From the NCBI GenBank assembly GCA_965661115.1, contig CBFICO010000004.1, positions 1,058 through 65,057 of the forward strand: 64,000 nt of DNA. Direction: 5' to 3'. Position numbers and translations under genes: made by a program. This document shows, piece by piece, positions 18,787 to 28,769 of this stretch; position 1 is the stretch's first letter, and the number at the start of each line of letters is the position of its first letter. The notes beneath the pieces are model-generated. The model saw nothing but the letters and a program-made list of their open reading frames with translations. It ran no database searches and was not told the DNA's origin. Origin of the DNA: Salibacteraceae bacterium. GTDB taxonomy: Bacteria; Bacteroidota; Bacteroidia; Flavobacteriales_G; Salibacteraceae.

Positions 18787-19643
18787 ACAAGCTATTAATT
18801 TCACTTACTAATTTTTTTCTGTTCAGCAATCTATATGTTGCTGCTCCTGTATGTGCAATTAGTGCTGCATCATATTATGTTTTTAATTACCCTATTGACC
18901 TTACGCTGTTAACTTTTATCTATAGCAGTACATTGTTCATTTACAATTTGCATCGCATTGTTGGGGTAGATCAAATTGAGGAAGAAAGTCGATCGCCAAG
19001 ACATGTATGGGCAATTAAAAATAAAAACCTCTTATTCTTTTTAGTAATTATTTCTGGAAGTATTGCCGTAGTAATGGCTTTACTCATGGGAACCAATTTT
19101 ATTACCCCAATTTCTATACCGGCCATTATAGCTTTAGGATATAGCATGCCAATTGTAAAACGCAAAGGAAAATATTGGCGATTGCGTGATGTTCCATTCG
19201 CCAAGGTATTTTTAATTAGCCTTACCGTAAGCTATGTAACGGTGTACTTGCCCTTTTATAACGAGTTAGAACTCTTTTTTGAAGCTAACTTATTCTACTA
19301 TTTCCTCAGTCGATTCTTTTTCATTTTCGCCATCACCATTCCGTTTGATATCAGAGACGTTGACTTTGACCAGGGGAGTTCTTTAAACACCATTCCAATG
19401 ATGGTTGGCATAGAAAAATCGAAGCAAATTTCATTGTTAAGCTTGGCGGCTTTCTCTTTTATTGTGATGATATTGTTTCAAACAAGTGCATACATGAGTG
19501 TGGCCCATTTAGTGTCTGCAATTTTTGCTGGCTGGGTTATCACACTATGCAAAAAAGACAGCTCTGAATACTATTTTTCTTTGTTGGTTGAAGGTACGAT
19601 GCTGGTGCTTTTTGGGTTAGTTTATTGGGTAAGCCTAGCTTAA
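18783..19643 (+). CDS. UbiA-family prenyltransferase-like membrane protein
   Basis: About 8 TM helices. The second Asp-rich motif PFDIRDVDFDQGSSLNTIP is as in UbiA enzymes. The first motif is degenerate (YNLHRIVGVD). GTG start overlaps the upstream stop. Confidence 0.6.
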   Translation: MNKLLISLTNFFLFSNLYVAAPVCAISAASYYVFNYPIDLTLLTFIYSSTLFIYNLHRIVGVDQIEEESRSPRHVWAIKNKNLLFFLVIISGSIAVVMALLMGTNFITPISIPAIIALGYSMPIVKRKGKYWRLRDVPFAKVFLISLTVSYVTVYLPFYNELELFFEANLFYYFLSRFFFIFAITIPFDIRDVDFDQGSSLNTIPMMVGIEKSKQISLLSLAAFSFIVMILFQTSAYMSVAHLVSAIFAGWVITLCKKDSSEYYFSLLVEGTMLVLFGLVYWVSLA

Positions 19644-19654
19644 ATCAAATAAGA

Positions 19655-22600
19655 TTAACCCACCCTCATTGGCTCAATAATGCTCAAAGCCTCTTCCAAC
19701 GAGGTAACCCCTTCAAACACTATATACAATCTTTCCTTGCGTTCTTTCATTTGAGTTTTGCCCGGATTTGCATTTACGTATTGCACTATGTAGTGGAACT
19801 GATTGGACTGGTAAAACCTTGATTTTGGGTTAGAAACAAAGTAACATAGTAGCTTTTTGTTCTTTAAAACGATTTTCTCAAAACCTAGTTTCTCCGCCAA
19901 CCATTGCAAACGAACACCACTAATTAATTGATGAGTTTCTGATGGTATAGGACCGAAACGATCTTTTAAATCACGCTCAAATTTTTCGAGTTGAGTTTCA
20001 GTTTTTACATCCGAAAGCTGACGATACAACTGCAAGCGTTCGTTTACATTTCGTACGTATTTGTTTGGAATCAATATCTCTAAATCCGTATCCAACTGGC
20101 AATCTAACACAAAGTTTTGTAGCTCAGATTCTTCTTCTTTAAACAAATCTTTAAATTCGTTTTCCTTGAGTTCGTGAATGGCTTCGTCCAGTATTTTTTG
20201 GTAAGTCTCGAAACCAATATCTGCCATAAAACCACTTTGCTCTCCGCCCAATAAATTTCCAGCTCCACGAATATCCAAATCGCGCATGGAGATATTAAAA
20301 CCAGAACCTAAATCAGAAAATTGCTCAATGGCCGTCATTCTTTTTCTGGCCTCGGGTGTAAGCGAACTCATTGGAGGGGATAACAAGTAACAAAATGCTT
20401 TTCTATTGCTTCTACCCACTCTACCTCGCATCTGGTGTAAGTCGCTTAAACCAAAGTTATGTGCGTTGTTTATTATAATGGTGTTGGCGTTTGAAATATC
20501 AAGTCCAGACTCAATAATAGTAGTAGCAATCAACACATCAAATTCGTGTTCCATAAAGGCGTACATAGTTTTTTCGAGTTGATGACCTTCTAATTGTCCG
20601 TGTGCAATTCCAATTCGGACCTCAGGTACCAACCGCTGAATCATTCCAGCGACTTCTCTAATATTCTCTACTCGGTTGTGCACCACAAACGCTTGTCCAC
20701 CACGACTCACCTCATAATAAATGGCATCCCGAATGGTTTCTTCGTTAAACGGTTTTAGAATGGTTTCTACTGGTTGTCGATTTGGTGGAGGTGTATTTAT
20801 CACGCTCAAATCTCTGGCTTTCATCAATGAAAATTGCAAGGTTCTCGGGATGGGAGTTGCCGTTAAAGTGAGTGTATCAATGTTTTCTTTAATGGTTTTA
20901 AGCTTGTCTTTTACCCCAACACCAAACTTTTGTTCCTCATCGATTATCATTAAACCAAGATCCTTGAACTTAACGTCTTTACCTACAATTCGATGTGTTC
21001 CTATAATAATGTCAATTTTGCCCTCTTCAAGTTTTTGCAGTGTTTCTTTTTGCTCTTTGGCGGTTTTAAATCGATTGATATAATCGACAGTACAGGGCAA
21101 ATCAGCTAATCGATCTTTAAAGGTTTTCCAGTGCTGATAGGTAAGTACCGTGGTAGGCGCCAAAACAGCAACCTGCTTACTATCTACAACTGCTTTAAAG
21201 GCTGCGCGAATAGCAATTTCAGTTTTTCCAAATCCAACATCACCGCATATTAGACGATCCATTGGATGAGGTTTTTCCATATCCTTTTTTACATCAATAG
21301 TCGCTTTTTCTTGGTCAGGAGTATCTTCATAAATAAAAGAACTCTCCAGCTCATGTTGCAAATAATTATCGGGAGAATAGGAAAACCCTGGCGCTGCTTT
21401 TCGCTTGGCGTACAGCTTAATGAGGTCGTAGGCAATCTCTTTTACCTTCTTTTTGGTTTTTTGCTTGAGTACTTTCCAAGTTTGGGTACCCAGTTTGTTC
21501 ATGGTTGGTGCAGTTCCATCCTTTCCGGTAAAGCGCGCAATTCGGTGCAAGGAGTGAATGCTTACGTACAAGATATCGCCGTCTTTATAAATCAATCGAA
21601 TAGCCTCTTGCTCCTTGCCGTTATTCTCGATTTTTTGCAGCCCATCAAACTGACCCACACCATAATCGATATGAGTTACATAATCGCCTTTTTGCAGACT
21701 CGTTAATTCCTTTAAAGTTATGGCCTGCTTGGCTTTGTTGTAACCTTCTTTGAGCCTAAATCTTTGGTAGCGTTCAAAAATTTGATGGTCGGTATAAACT
21801 GCAATTTTCAAATCGCTATCAATAAACCCTTCGTGAGCAGTTTGCAGAATTGGAGAAAACTCTACTTGAGCATCAATATCTTCAAAAATGGCGTGCAAAC
21901 GTTCCATTTGTTTGGCTTGACTCGATAAGATAAAGTTGGTTAAACCATTGTCTTTGTTGGTATGTAAATCTTGCGCTAGGATATCAAACTTTTTGTTGAA
22001 AGTTGGCTGCGGTTTTTGATTGAACTGAACTACTTGAGTTGGGTTAGATTCAAAGCTTCCGCCGTACTCTAAAACGCGGTGTTTTTTCAAACCCTCATCA
22101 AATTGATTAGGAAGGATGTACAACTCTTCGGGCTTAGATTGAACGGTGTCTTCCGAGAGACCTTTGAACGCTTCTTCGGCAACCTCAAATGATTTTTTTA
22201 TCTGCTCTTTAGAAAGCTCTTTTTCTTTCAACCAAATGAAGGAGTTAGCTGGTAAAAAGTCAAAAAATGCCTCACGCGATTCCATTAAATTGTGGTCTTG
22301 AACGTTGGGTAAGATGTGAATCTTTTTATAATTCTTTTTTGAAAGTTGACTTGCCGGGTCAAAGGTTCTAATCGAATCAATTTCATCGCCAAAAAACTCT
22401 ACACGGTATGGGTCGTCGTTTGCAAAGGAGAAAATATCCACTATTCCCCCGCGAATTGAAAACTGGCCGGGTCCGGTTACAAAATCTACTCGTTCAAAAT
22501 GATACTCGTAAAGCAGCTCATTGATAAAATCTATGGAAATTTCTTCCTCAACCTTTAGCTCGAGAATGTTCTTTTTAAGTTGCTTTTTGGTTACCACCTT

Positions 22601-22999
22601 TTCGCTAAGTGCTTCGCCATAAGTTACCACCACCATCCAAGAAGGCTTTTTTACAATTCGGTCAAGCGTTTCGGCGCGCATAAGTACATTGGTGTTGTCA
22701 ACCGATTCTTGCTTGTATGGATATTTAAATGGAGAAGGAAAAAACAATACTTTATCTTCTCCCAATAGGTCTTGTAGGTCGTTTAGGGCATAAGCGGCAT
22801 TTTCTTTATCGTTGAGTACTACCACATGTAAGCCATGGGCTTGTTTTGCCATGGAAGCAATAAAAAACTGAGAAGCACTTCCTCTAAATCCTTTTAAATG
22901 AATGTTAGGTTTTGGCTCAGCTTTGCAATGCTGCTCTACTTGTACCACTTGTGGCCATGTGCCAAAACCGGAATTAAACTCTGCTTTTGTTACGGACAT
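19655..22999 (-). CDS. mfd: transcription-repair coupling factor
   Basis: 1114 aa with helicase motifs GDVGFGKTE and DEEQKFGV, plus UvrB-homology N-terminus and TRG region. Confidence 0.96.
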   Translation of the reverse strand: MSVTKAEFNSGFGTWPQVVQVEQHCKAEPKPNIHLKGFRGSASQFFIASMAKQAHGLHVVVLNDKENAAYALNDLQDLLGEDKVLFFPSPFKYPYKQESVDNTNVLMRAETLDRIVKKPSWMVVVTYGEALSEKVVTKKQLKKNILELKVEEEISIDFINELLYEYHFERVDFVTGPGQFSIRGGIVDIFSFANDDPYRVEFFGDEIDSIRTFDPASQLSKKNYKKIHILPNVQDHNLMESREAFFDFLPANSFIWLKEKELSKEQIKKSFEVAEEAFKGLSEDTVQSKPEELYILPNQFDEGLKKHRVLEYGGSFESNPTQVVQFNQKPQPTFNKKFDILAQDLHTNKDNGLTNFILSSQAKQMERLHAIFEDIDAQVEFSPILQTAHEGFIDSDLKIAVYTDHQIFERYQRFRLKEGYNKAKQAITLKELTSLQKGDYVTHIDYGVGQFDGLQKIENNGKEQEAIRLIYKDGDILYVSIHSLHRIARFTGKDGTAPTMNKLGTQTWKVLKQKTKKKVKEIAYDLIKLYAKRKAAPGFSYSPDNYLQHELESSFIYEDTPDQEKATIDVKKDMEKPHPMDRLICGDVGFGKTEIAIRAAFKAVVDSKQVAVLAPTTVLTYQHWKTFKDRLADLPCTVDYINRFKTAKEQKETLQKLEEGKIDIIIGTHRIVGKDVKFKDLGLMIIDEEQKFGVGVKDKLKTIKENIDTLTLTATPIPRTLQFSLMKARDLSVINTPPPNRQPVETILKPFNEETIRDAIYYEVSRGGQAFVVHNRVENIREVAGMIQRLVPEVRIGIAHGQLEGHQLEKTMYAFMEHEFDVLIATTIIESGLDISNANTIIINNAHNFGLSDLHQMRGRVGRSNRKAFCYLLSPPMSSLTPEARKRMTAIEQFSDLGSGFNISMRDLDIRGAGNLLGGEQSGFMADIGFETYQKILDEAIHELKENEFKDLFKEEESELQNFVLDCQLDTDLEILIPNKYVRNVNERLQLYRQLSDVKTETQLEKFERDLKDRFGPIPSETHQLISGVRLQWLAEKLGFEKIVLKNKKLLCYFVSNPKSRFYQSNQFHYIVQYVNANPGKTQMKERKERLYIVFEGVTSLEEALSIIEPMRVG

Positions 23000-23089
23000 T
23001 TACTATAATACAAACGAGGCTGGCAAAAGTAAATAAGCCCTTAAATGAGGAGGTTTAACCGTTACATTTATTCTAAAGAACTCAAAAAA

Positions 23090-24142
23090 CTAACAACAAC
23101 TATCAGCCTCACTTTCTGAATCTGCTGAAAATGGCATTGCACCACCACAACCTTCAAAAATTCCAAAGTGAGTATCCCATGTTCCGTAGAAAGTAAAATG
23201 TGATTTGAATCGAGTAACGTATAACATGCGATAACTATTGCCACAAACCGTCATCACTTTTCCTTTTGAGAAATAATGGTGGTCATCTAGTTCGAACCCA
23301 TGTTCTTGGCCTGAAATTCCACCGTTGTACATAACTGCTTGACCGTAATCTTCACAGTCGGATTCTAAGTCTTCGATTTTAAACAATCTGTACGTAACAG
23401 AGAAAAACTTGAGGTCACCAATTTTTTCTTCAAGCTCCTTATTTTCAACGGTTATCGGCTTATTTTCAACTGCTCTTGGGTCGGTAAAACCGGCTTTTTT
23501 AGCGTAATTCATAAAGTCGTTCCAATACAAAGCACCACTCAAACATTCGCCCCAAAGAACTTTATCGTATTGCAGATGCTCAGGCACTCTTCTATCGCAA
23601 TACACATCTGAGAAGTACATCTCTCCTCCAGGTTTGAGTAACTTGTAGGCATCATTCAAAACCTTTTGCTTCTCTTTAGCAAGGTTTACCACACAATTGG
23701 AGATTATTAAATCAAAACTTCCTTCTTCAAGTCCTAATTCATCCAATGCCTCAATATTGCCTTTTATGAATTCGATATTAGGCTTTGAGTATCCGAATTT
23801 TTGGGTGTGATAATCCACATATTTATTGGCTACTTCGAGTTGTTCGTCGGTCATATCCACACCAACAACATAGCCGCTTGGCCCAACCAATTTGCTAGCT
23901 ATGTAACAATCGCGACCACTACCTGAACCTAAATCTAAAACTCTTAGACCTTCAACTTTAAACGGAATCGTTAATCCACACCCGTAATACTTGGCTTGCA
24001 CCTCATCGTGCACTTCTCTGAGTGCTTCTTGAATGTATTTTGGCGGTGCCGTTAGCGTACAGCAAGCATTGGTTTTTAAATCTTCTGAAGTAGTTAATTC
24101 TTTACCGTAATACTCTTGTACTTCTTGATGTAGGGATTGCAT
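23090..24142 (-). CDS. arsM: arsenite S-adenosylmethionine methyltransferase-like enzyme
   Basis: SAM motif VLDLGSGSGRD. The conserved Cys set is as in ArsM/AS3MT (NACCTL, YYGCG, SNCVVN, WGECLSGA); 350 aa. Confidence 0.8.
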   Translation of the reverse strand: MQSLHQEVQEYYGKELTTSEDLKTNACCTLTAPPKYIQEALREVHDEVQAKYYGCGLTIPFKVEGLRVLDLGSGSGRDCYIASKLVGPSGYVVGVDMTDEQLEVANKYVDYHTQKFGYSKPNIEFIKGNIEALDELGLEEGSFDLIISNCVVNLAKEKQKVLNDAYKLLKPGGEMYFSDVYCDRRVPEHLQYDKVLWGECLSGALYWNDFMNYAKKAGFTDPRAVENKPITVENKELEEKIGDLKFFSVTYRLFKIEDLESDCEDYGQAVMYNGGISGQEHGFELDDHHYFSKGKVMTVCGNSYRMLYVTRFKSHFTFYGTWDTHFGIFEGCGGAMPFSADSESEADSCC

Positions 24143-24218
24143 AACGCTGTTTTAAGGTTGCAAATGAACAATAATCAAACGACAGCTTTGGTTTGTTGGT
24201 TGACAAATTTGGGCATCT

Positions 24219-24246
24219 GATGTCCGATGTCCGATGTCCGATGTCC
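24219..24246. repeat. perfect heptanucleotide microsatellite (GATGTCC)x4
   Basis: Read directly: GATGTCC GATGTCC GATGTCC GATGTCC. Flanked on both sides by CAAATTTG. Lies 77-104 nt upstream of the arsM-like ATG. Confidence 0.95.
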
Positions 24247-24256
24247 AAATTTGATT

Positions 24257-25237
24257 TTACTTCAACAACCCTTCAATCTCGGCAACCATATTTTTAGAGC
24301 CAACATAGTATGCGCATCGCTGGTGCAATTCGGTAGGCATAATTTCCATAGTTCTGGTGTAACCGTCAGACGAGCTACCACCAGCTTGTTCAGCAATAAA
24401 TGCTAGCGGATTACATTCGTACAACAACCGCAATTTTCCATTTGGTGCTTTAGTGGTTGAAGGGTACAAATAGACGCCACCTTTAATTAAGTTTCGGTGA
24501 AAATCTGCCACTAAAGAACCTATGTAACGCGCTGTTTTTTGCTCCTTTTTGCATTGGTCTAAGTAAGTTTGAATCCCTTCGGGCGAAAGGTGATAATTCC
24601 CCTCATTCATAGAGTATATCTTCCCGTTTTCAGAAGTTTTCATGTTTGGGTGCGATAGACAAAACTCCCCAATTGAAGGATCTAAAGTAAAGCCATTTAC
24701 ACCGCTACCAGTAGTGTAAACCAACATTGAAGAAGAACCATAAAGCACGTAACCAGCAGCTACCTGTTCCGTGCCAGGTTGAAGAAAATCATCAATAGTT
24801 GCCTTAGTTCCTACTTCTGTTTTGCGTCGATAAATTGAAAAAATGGTACCAATGGAAACATTTACATCAATGTTCGAAGAACCATCAAGCGGATCCATTG
24901 CTAAAACGTATTTTCCTTGTTTCGATTTTTCGTTTTCAAAAGCGATAAAGTCGTCGTTCTCTTCTGAGGCTATGCCACAAACTTCTCCGCCATTTTTAAG
25001 AGCTTTTATGAATACCTCATCCGCCAATACATCTAGTTTTTGCTGCTCTTCTCCTTGAATATTCTCAGAACCAACCGCCCCAGCCAAATCAACCAAACCC
25101 GCCATGTTAACCTCGCGGTTTACAATTTTTGCAGCAAAACCTATATCGCGCAACAACCTAGAAAGATCGCCGGTTGCAAATGGAAATTCGTCTTGTCTGT
25201 CAATAATAAATTCGTCGAGGGTAGTAACTCCAATCAT
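24257..25237 (-). CDS. fbp: fructose-1,6-bisphosphatase class 1
   Basis: [22 protein letters not shown] metal-binding signature. Start moved to the M36 ATG (25237), which removes the overlap with the GNAT gene. Confidence 0.92.
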   Translation of the reverse strand: MIGVTTLDEFIIDRQDEFPFATGDLSRLLRDIGFAAKIVNREVNMAGLVDLAGAVGSENIQGEEQQKLDVLADEVFIKALKNGGEVCGIASEENDDFIAFENEKSKQGKYVLAMDPLDGSSNIDVNVSIGTIFSIYRRKTEVGTKATIDDFLQPGTEQVAAGYVLYGSSSMLVYTTGSGVNGFTLDPSIGEFCLSHPNMKTSENGKIYSMNEGNYHLSPEGIQTYLDQCKKEQKTARYIGSLVADFHRNLIKGGVYLYPSTTKAPNGKLRLLYECNPLAFIAEQAGGSSSDGYTRTMEIMPTELHQRCAYYVGSKNMVAEIEGLLK

Positions 25238-25298
25238 AGTTGTAAAAATCAGATTGCAAATATAGTTGTGATAAAAGGTTGAGATTATATTTGACCAC

Positions 25299-25757
25299 AT
25301 GACTTCAAACATTTCACTCAGAGAAGGTACTCCTATAGACATACCCGCATTATTGGCACTAATAAAAGAACTAGCTACCTACGAGCGTGAGCCCGATGCG
25401 GTAATTGTAACTGAAGAAGTTCTGCACGAAGACGGTTTTGGTCCAAATAAAATCTTCGATTTTTTAGTAGCTGAAAAAGAAGATGAAGTTGTGGGCATAG
25501 CCTTGTATTACACCAAATATTCCACTTGGAAAGGAAAGTGCTTTTATCTGGAGGACATTATTGTGAAGGAAAGCCACCGCATGCAAGGAATAGGTTCAAT
25601 GCTTCTGAAAGAGCTTATTACCATTTCTGCAAAGGCTGGCGTAAAACGACTCGAATGGCAAGTACTTGATTGGAATGAACCCGCTATTCAATTCTATAAA
25701 AAGCACAAAGCTATCATTGATGGTGAATGGCTTAACTGTAAAGTTGAGTTTGAATAA
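25299..25757 (+). CDS. GNAT family N-acetyltransferase
   Basis: 152 aa; acetyl-CoA motif [14 protein letters not shown]. Confidence 0.85.
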   Translation: MTSNISLREGTPIDIPALLALIKELATYEREPDAVIVTEEVLHEDGFGPNKIFDFLVAEKEDEVVGIALYYTKYSTWKGKCFYLEDIIVKESHRMQGIGSMLLKELITISAKAGVKRLEWQVLDWNEPAIQFYKKHKAIIDGEWLNCKVEFE

Positions 25758-25779
25758 ATTTGCCATTCAAACAACAATT

Positions 25780-26643
25780 ATGAAAGGAATTATTCTCGCT
25801 GGAGGCTCAGGCACTCGACTACATCCACTAACACTTGCCATTAGTAAGCAACTTATGCCGATATACGATAAACCAATGATTTACTACCCATTGTCGCTGT
25901 TGATGCTGGCTGGTATAAAAGACATTCTTATCATATCCACTCCACACGATTTACCGCTTTTTGAAAAGCTATTAGGAGACGGAAAACACTTAGGCTGCAA
26001 CTTCGAATATGCAGTTCAAGAAGAACCCAATGGGCTTGCTCAAGCATTTGTAATTGGAGAAGAGTTTATTGGAGACGACAGTGTTTCGCTAATTCTTGGA
26101 GACAATATTTTTTATGGTACAGGCTTACCAAAGAAGTTGAGAGATTGTGCGAATCCCGATGGTGGATACATTTTCGCTTACCGTGTTTCAGATCCTGAGC
26201 GTTACGGCGTTGTAGATTTCGACGAAAACCAAATTGCCCTTTCCATAGAAGAAAAACCAGCGAATCCAAAATCGAATTACGCCGTGCCTGGACTCTATTT
26301 CTACGATAATTCAGTAGTGGAAATTGCCAAAAACTTAAAGCCTTCAGCCAGAGGAGAGTATGAAATTACCGATGTAAACAAAGCCTATTTGGAGCAAGGA
26401 AAGCTGCAGGTAAGCATCCTAAATAGAGGAACAGCGTGGCTAGATACCGGTACAATCGATAGTTTAAATCAAGCGAGTCAATACGTTGAGGTAATTGAAA
26501 AAAGACAGGGAACAAAAATTTCGTGTATTGAAGAAATTGCATGGCATATGGGCTTCATAAATGACGAGCAGCTTAAACAAATTGCTCAACCGTTGGTTAA
26601 AAGTGGATACGGAAAGTATCTTTTATCTTTACTCAATCACTAG
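25780..26643 (+). CDS. rfbA: glucose-1-phosphate thymidylyltransferase
   Basis: [19 protein letters not shown]-terminus; start moved to this ATG. Confidence 0.93.
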   Translation: MKGIILAGGSGTRLHPLTLAISKQLMPIYDKPMIYYPLSLLMLAGIKDILIISTPHDLPLFEKLLGDGKHLGCNFEYAVQEEPNGLAQAFVIGEEFIGDDSVSLILGDNIFYGTGLPKKLRDCANPDGGYIFAYRVSDPERYGVVDFDENQIALSIEEKPANPKSNYAVPGLYFYDNSVVEIAKNLKPSARGEYEITDVNKAYLEQGKLQVSILNRGTAWLDTGTIDSLNQASQYVEVIEKRQGTKISCIEEIAWHMGFINDEQLKQIAQPLVKSGYGKYLLSLLNH

Positions 26644-27639
26644 ATGACAAATAACACACCCGCTCAACACAGCATTAAAGAGCTGAGAGTCTATTTCGAA
26701 GAACAAATTCAACTGACTGAATTTACAAATGAACCAATTCATCTGTACGAACCAATTAAGTACATAATGAAATTGGGCGGAAAACGCGTTAGACCGGTTT
26801 GCACCTTGGCTGCTGCCGAATTATTTGGTGGGTCTTTGAATGAAGCCAGCAATCAAGCAATTGCGGTAGAGGTATTTCATAACTTCACGTTAGTGCATGA
26901 TGATATTATGGACGAAGCGCCTTTGAGGAGAGGTGAAACTACCGTACATAAAAAATGGGACGAAAACACGGCAATTCTATCTGGGGATGCCATGATGATA
27001 TTGGCCTATCAATACTTGAGTAAAAACACCGGCGACAAGTTTTCTGAGGTGTTTTCCAACTTCAACAAAACAGCTATTGAAGTTTGCGAGGGGCAGCAAT
27101 TAGATATGGATTTTGAAAATGAGCAAACGGTCAGCCTTGAGGCATACACTGGCATGATAGAACTTAAAACTGCTGTTTTGCTTGGCGAAAGTTTAAGGCT
27201 GGGTGCTACTATGGCAGATGCAAGTGAAACCGATGCAAATTTAATTTATGAGTTTGGACGAAACTTTGGTATCGCATTTCAACTCCAAGATGATATTCTA
27301 GACTTGTATGGAGATCCAGAAAAGTTCGGAAAGCAAGTTGGCGGAGATGTGTTGGCGTGTAAAAAAACCTACCTATTCGCAAAGGCTTATTCTATTGCTA
27401 CTGAAGAGCAGCAAGTAAAATTGGTAAAAACGTACAACGACACCAATCTTGAGCCTAACGCTAAAATTGAACAGGTTAAATGCATTCTTGACGAGCTGGA
27501 TATTAGAAACCGAGCCAAGGCAGATATGAATACTTTTTACCTAAATGCCGGAATAGCCTTGAATAGTATTTCAGTAGAAGATAGTCGCAAGAAAATTTTA
27601 AAAGACTTTGCAGAGAGTTTGATGGTAAGGGAGTTGTGA
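26644..27639 (+). CDS. polyprenyl diphosphate synthase
   Basis: First Asp-rich motif LVHDDIMDE and second QLQDDILD. The ATG abuts the rfbA stop (TAGATG). Confidence 0.9.
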   Translation: MTNNTPAQHSIKELRVYFEEQIQLTEFTNEPIHLYEPIKYIMKLGGKRVRPVCTLAAAELFGGSLNEASNQAIAVEVFHNFTLVHDDIMDEAPLRRGETTVHKKWDENTAILSGDAMMILAYQYLSKNTGDKFSEVFSNFNKTAIEVCEGQQLDMDFENEQTVSLEAYTGMIELKTAVLLGESLRLGATMADASETDANLIYEFGRNFGIAFQLQDDILDLYGDPEKFGKQVGGDVLACKKTYLFAKAYSIATEEQQVKLVKTYNDTNLEPNAKIEQVKCILDELDIRNRAKADMNTFYLNAGIALNSISVEDSRKKILKDFAESLMVREL

Positions 27640-27750
27640 TACTCATGCCCGCAAATAACGCAGATTTCGCAGATGTTTTTATTGAAATGCAAAGTATGCG
27701 CAAAGAGGCGCAGAGGCATTAACCTCAAAAAATACTTGGTAACCAGTGGA

Positions 27751-27802
27751 GTTGTCATACTGAGTGATTCCGATTTATCGGAATTGTATCGAAGTAGACA
27801 AC
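27751..27802. repeat. short palindromic hairpin repeat (mini relative of the 134-bp element)
   Basis: GTTGTC-ATACTGAGTG-ATTCCGAtttaTCGGAAT-TGTATCGAAGTA-GACAAC. It shares GTTGT...ACAAC ends and an ATTCC/GGAAT stem with the elements at 3489 and 37327. Confidence 0.6.
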
Positions 27803-27808
27803 GGGTTA

Positions 27809-28723
27809 TCAGTTCAACACCTCTTCCAAAGCCCCACCCAACGATGAATATAAAAACGAAAATCCTGCGTTCACCAGTTTTTGAGATGATACATGCGCTC
27901 CATTCAGTAGCATTTCATCGGCTTTTTGTCTGCCAAGAATAATTCTGAGAACAAACCCAGGCACATTCGGTGCCCAGTAAATCACACCCATTTTTTTAGC
28001 TAAGGTTTTTGAAAATTGTTGATTATCAACCATTTCAGGGGCAACGGCATTATAAATTCCAGCAGGTACATTTTCTTCTACGGATGCTATAATGCCATTA
28101 GTGAGGTCGTCAATATGAATCCAAGGCATGGGTTGTTTTCCGCTGCCCATTGGTGAACCAACACCTAGTTTAAACGGAATTTTCATAGGCCCTAAAGCAC
28201 CACCATTTTTACTTAGCACTACTCCAATTCTGAATATTGTTCTTTCTACTCCTTTCTTCTCAAATCCATCTGATGCCGCCTCCCAAAGCGCCGTAACTGA
28301 ACTCAAAAATCCACTGCCAATTTTATCCTCTTCGACAAATATTTTATTCGAGTTTTCAAAACCGTAATAGGCTGTTCCTGAAGCTGAAATGACCTTTTTA
28401 GGCCATATACCCTTATTTTCAAATGCTTTGTAAAGCAATCGAATTGAATCTACACGACTCGATATTATCTCTTCTCTGTATCTAGCTGTCCACGGTTTAT
28501 CGGCTACGCCTGCACCTGCTATATGCACCACAACATCAACATCGTCCAAGGCCGATTTATCCAATTGCTCTTTTTTGATGTCCCATTGAAAAAACTTAAG
28601 ATTTGCCTTACCCTCTTTCTCTGACCTAGTCAACACATGAACGGTATGCCCATTTTTCAATAATTTATTGGTAAGATTTTTTCCGACCAAACCTGTTCCG
28701 CCTGTAAGAAGTATAGTAGCCAT
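27809..28723 (-). CDS. TIGR01777/YfcH-like NAD-dependent epimerase family protein
   Basis: Rossmann motif ILLTGGTGLVGKNL and a DUF1731-like C-terminus. Start moved to the MATILLTGG ATG. Confidence 0.8.
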   Translation of the reverse strand: MATILLTGGTGLVGKNLTNKLLKNGHTVHVLTRSEKEGKANLKFFQWDIKKEQLDKSALDDVDVVVHIAGAGVADKPWTARYREEIISSRVDSIRLLYKAFENKGIWPKKVISASGTAYYGFENSNKIFVEEDKIGSGFLSSVTALWEAASDGFEKKGVERTIFRIGVVLSKNGGALGPMKIPFKLGVGSPMGSGKQPMPWIHIDDLTNGIIASVEENVPAGIYNAVAPEMVDNQQFSKTLAKKMGVIYWAPNVPGFVLRIILGRQKADEMLLNGAHVSSQKLVNAGFSFLYSSLGGALEEVLN

Positions 28724-28769
28724 AGTTTTATACCTTCGTTTGCAAGGTAACAAATCGAATTTACAAAAG

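Noticed and set aside
20721-21706. 120-aa and 146-aa plus-strand ORFs inside mfd (similar cases inside gcvP, purF, rpsB, tsf, pyrH)
   Set aside because: These are antisense shadows of highly conserved genes with low-complexity translations.
27673-27942. 89-aa ORF across the repeat-rich spacer and into the epimerase gene 3' end
   Set aside because: It is made of translated palindromic repeats plus antisense of a real CDS.
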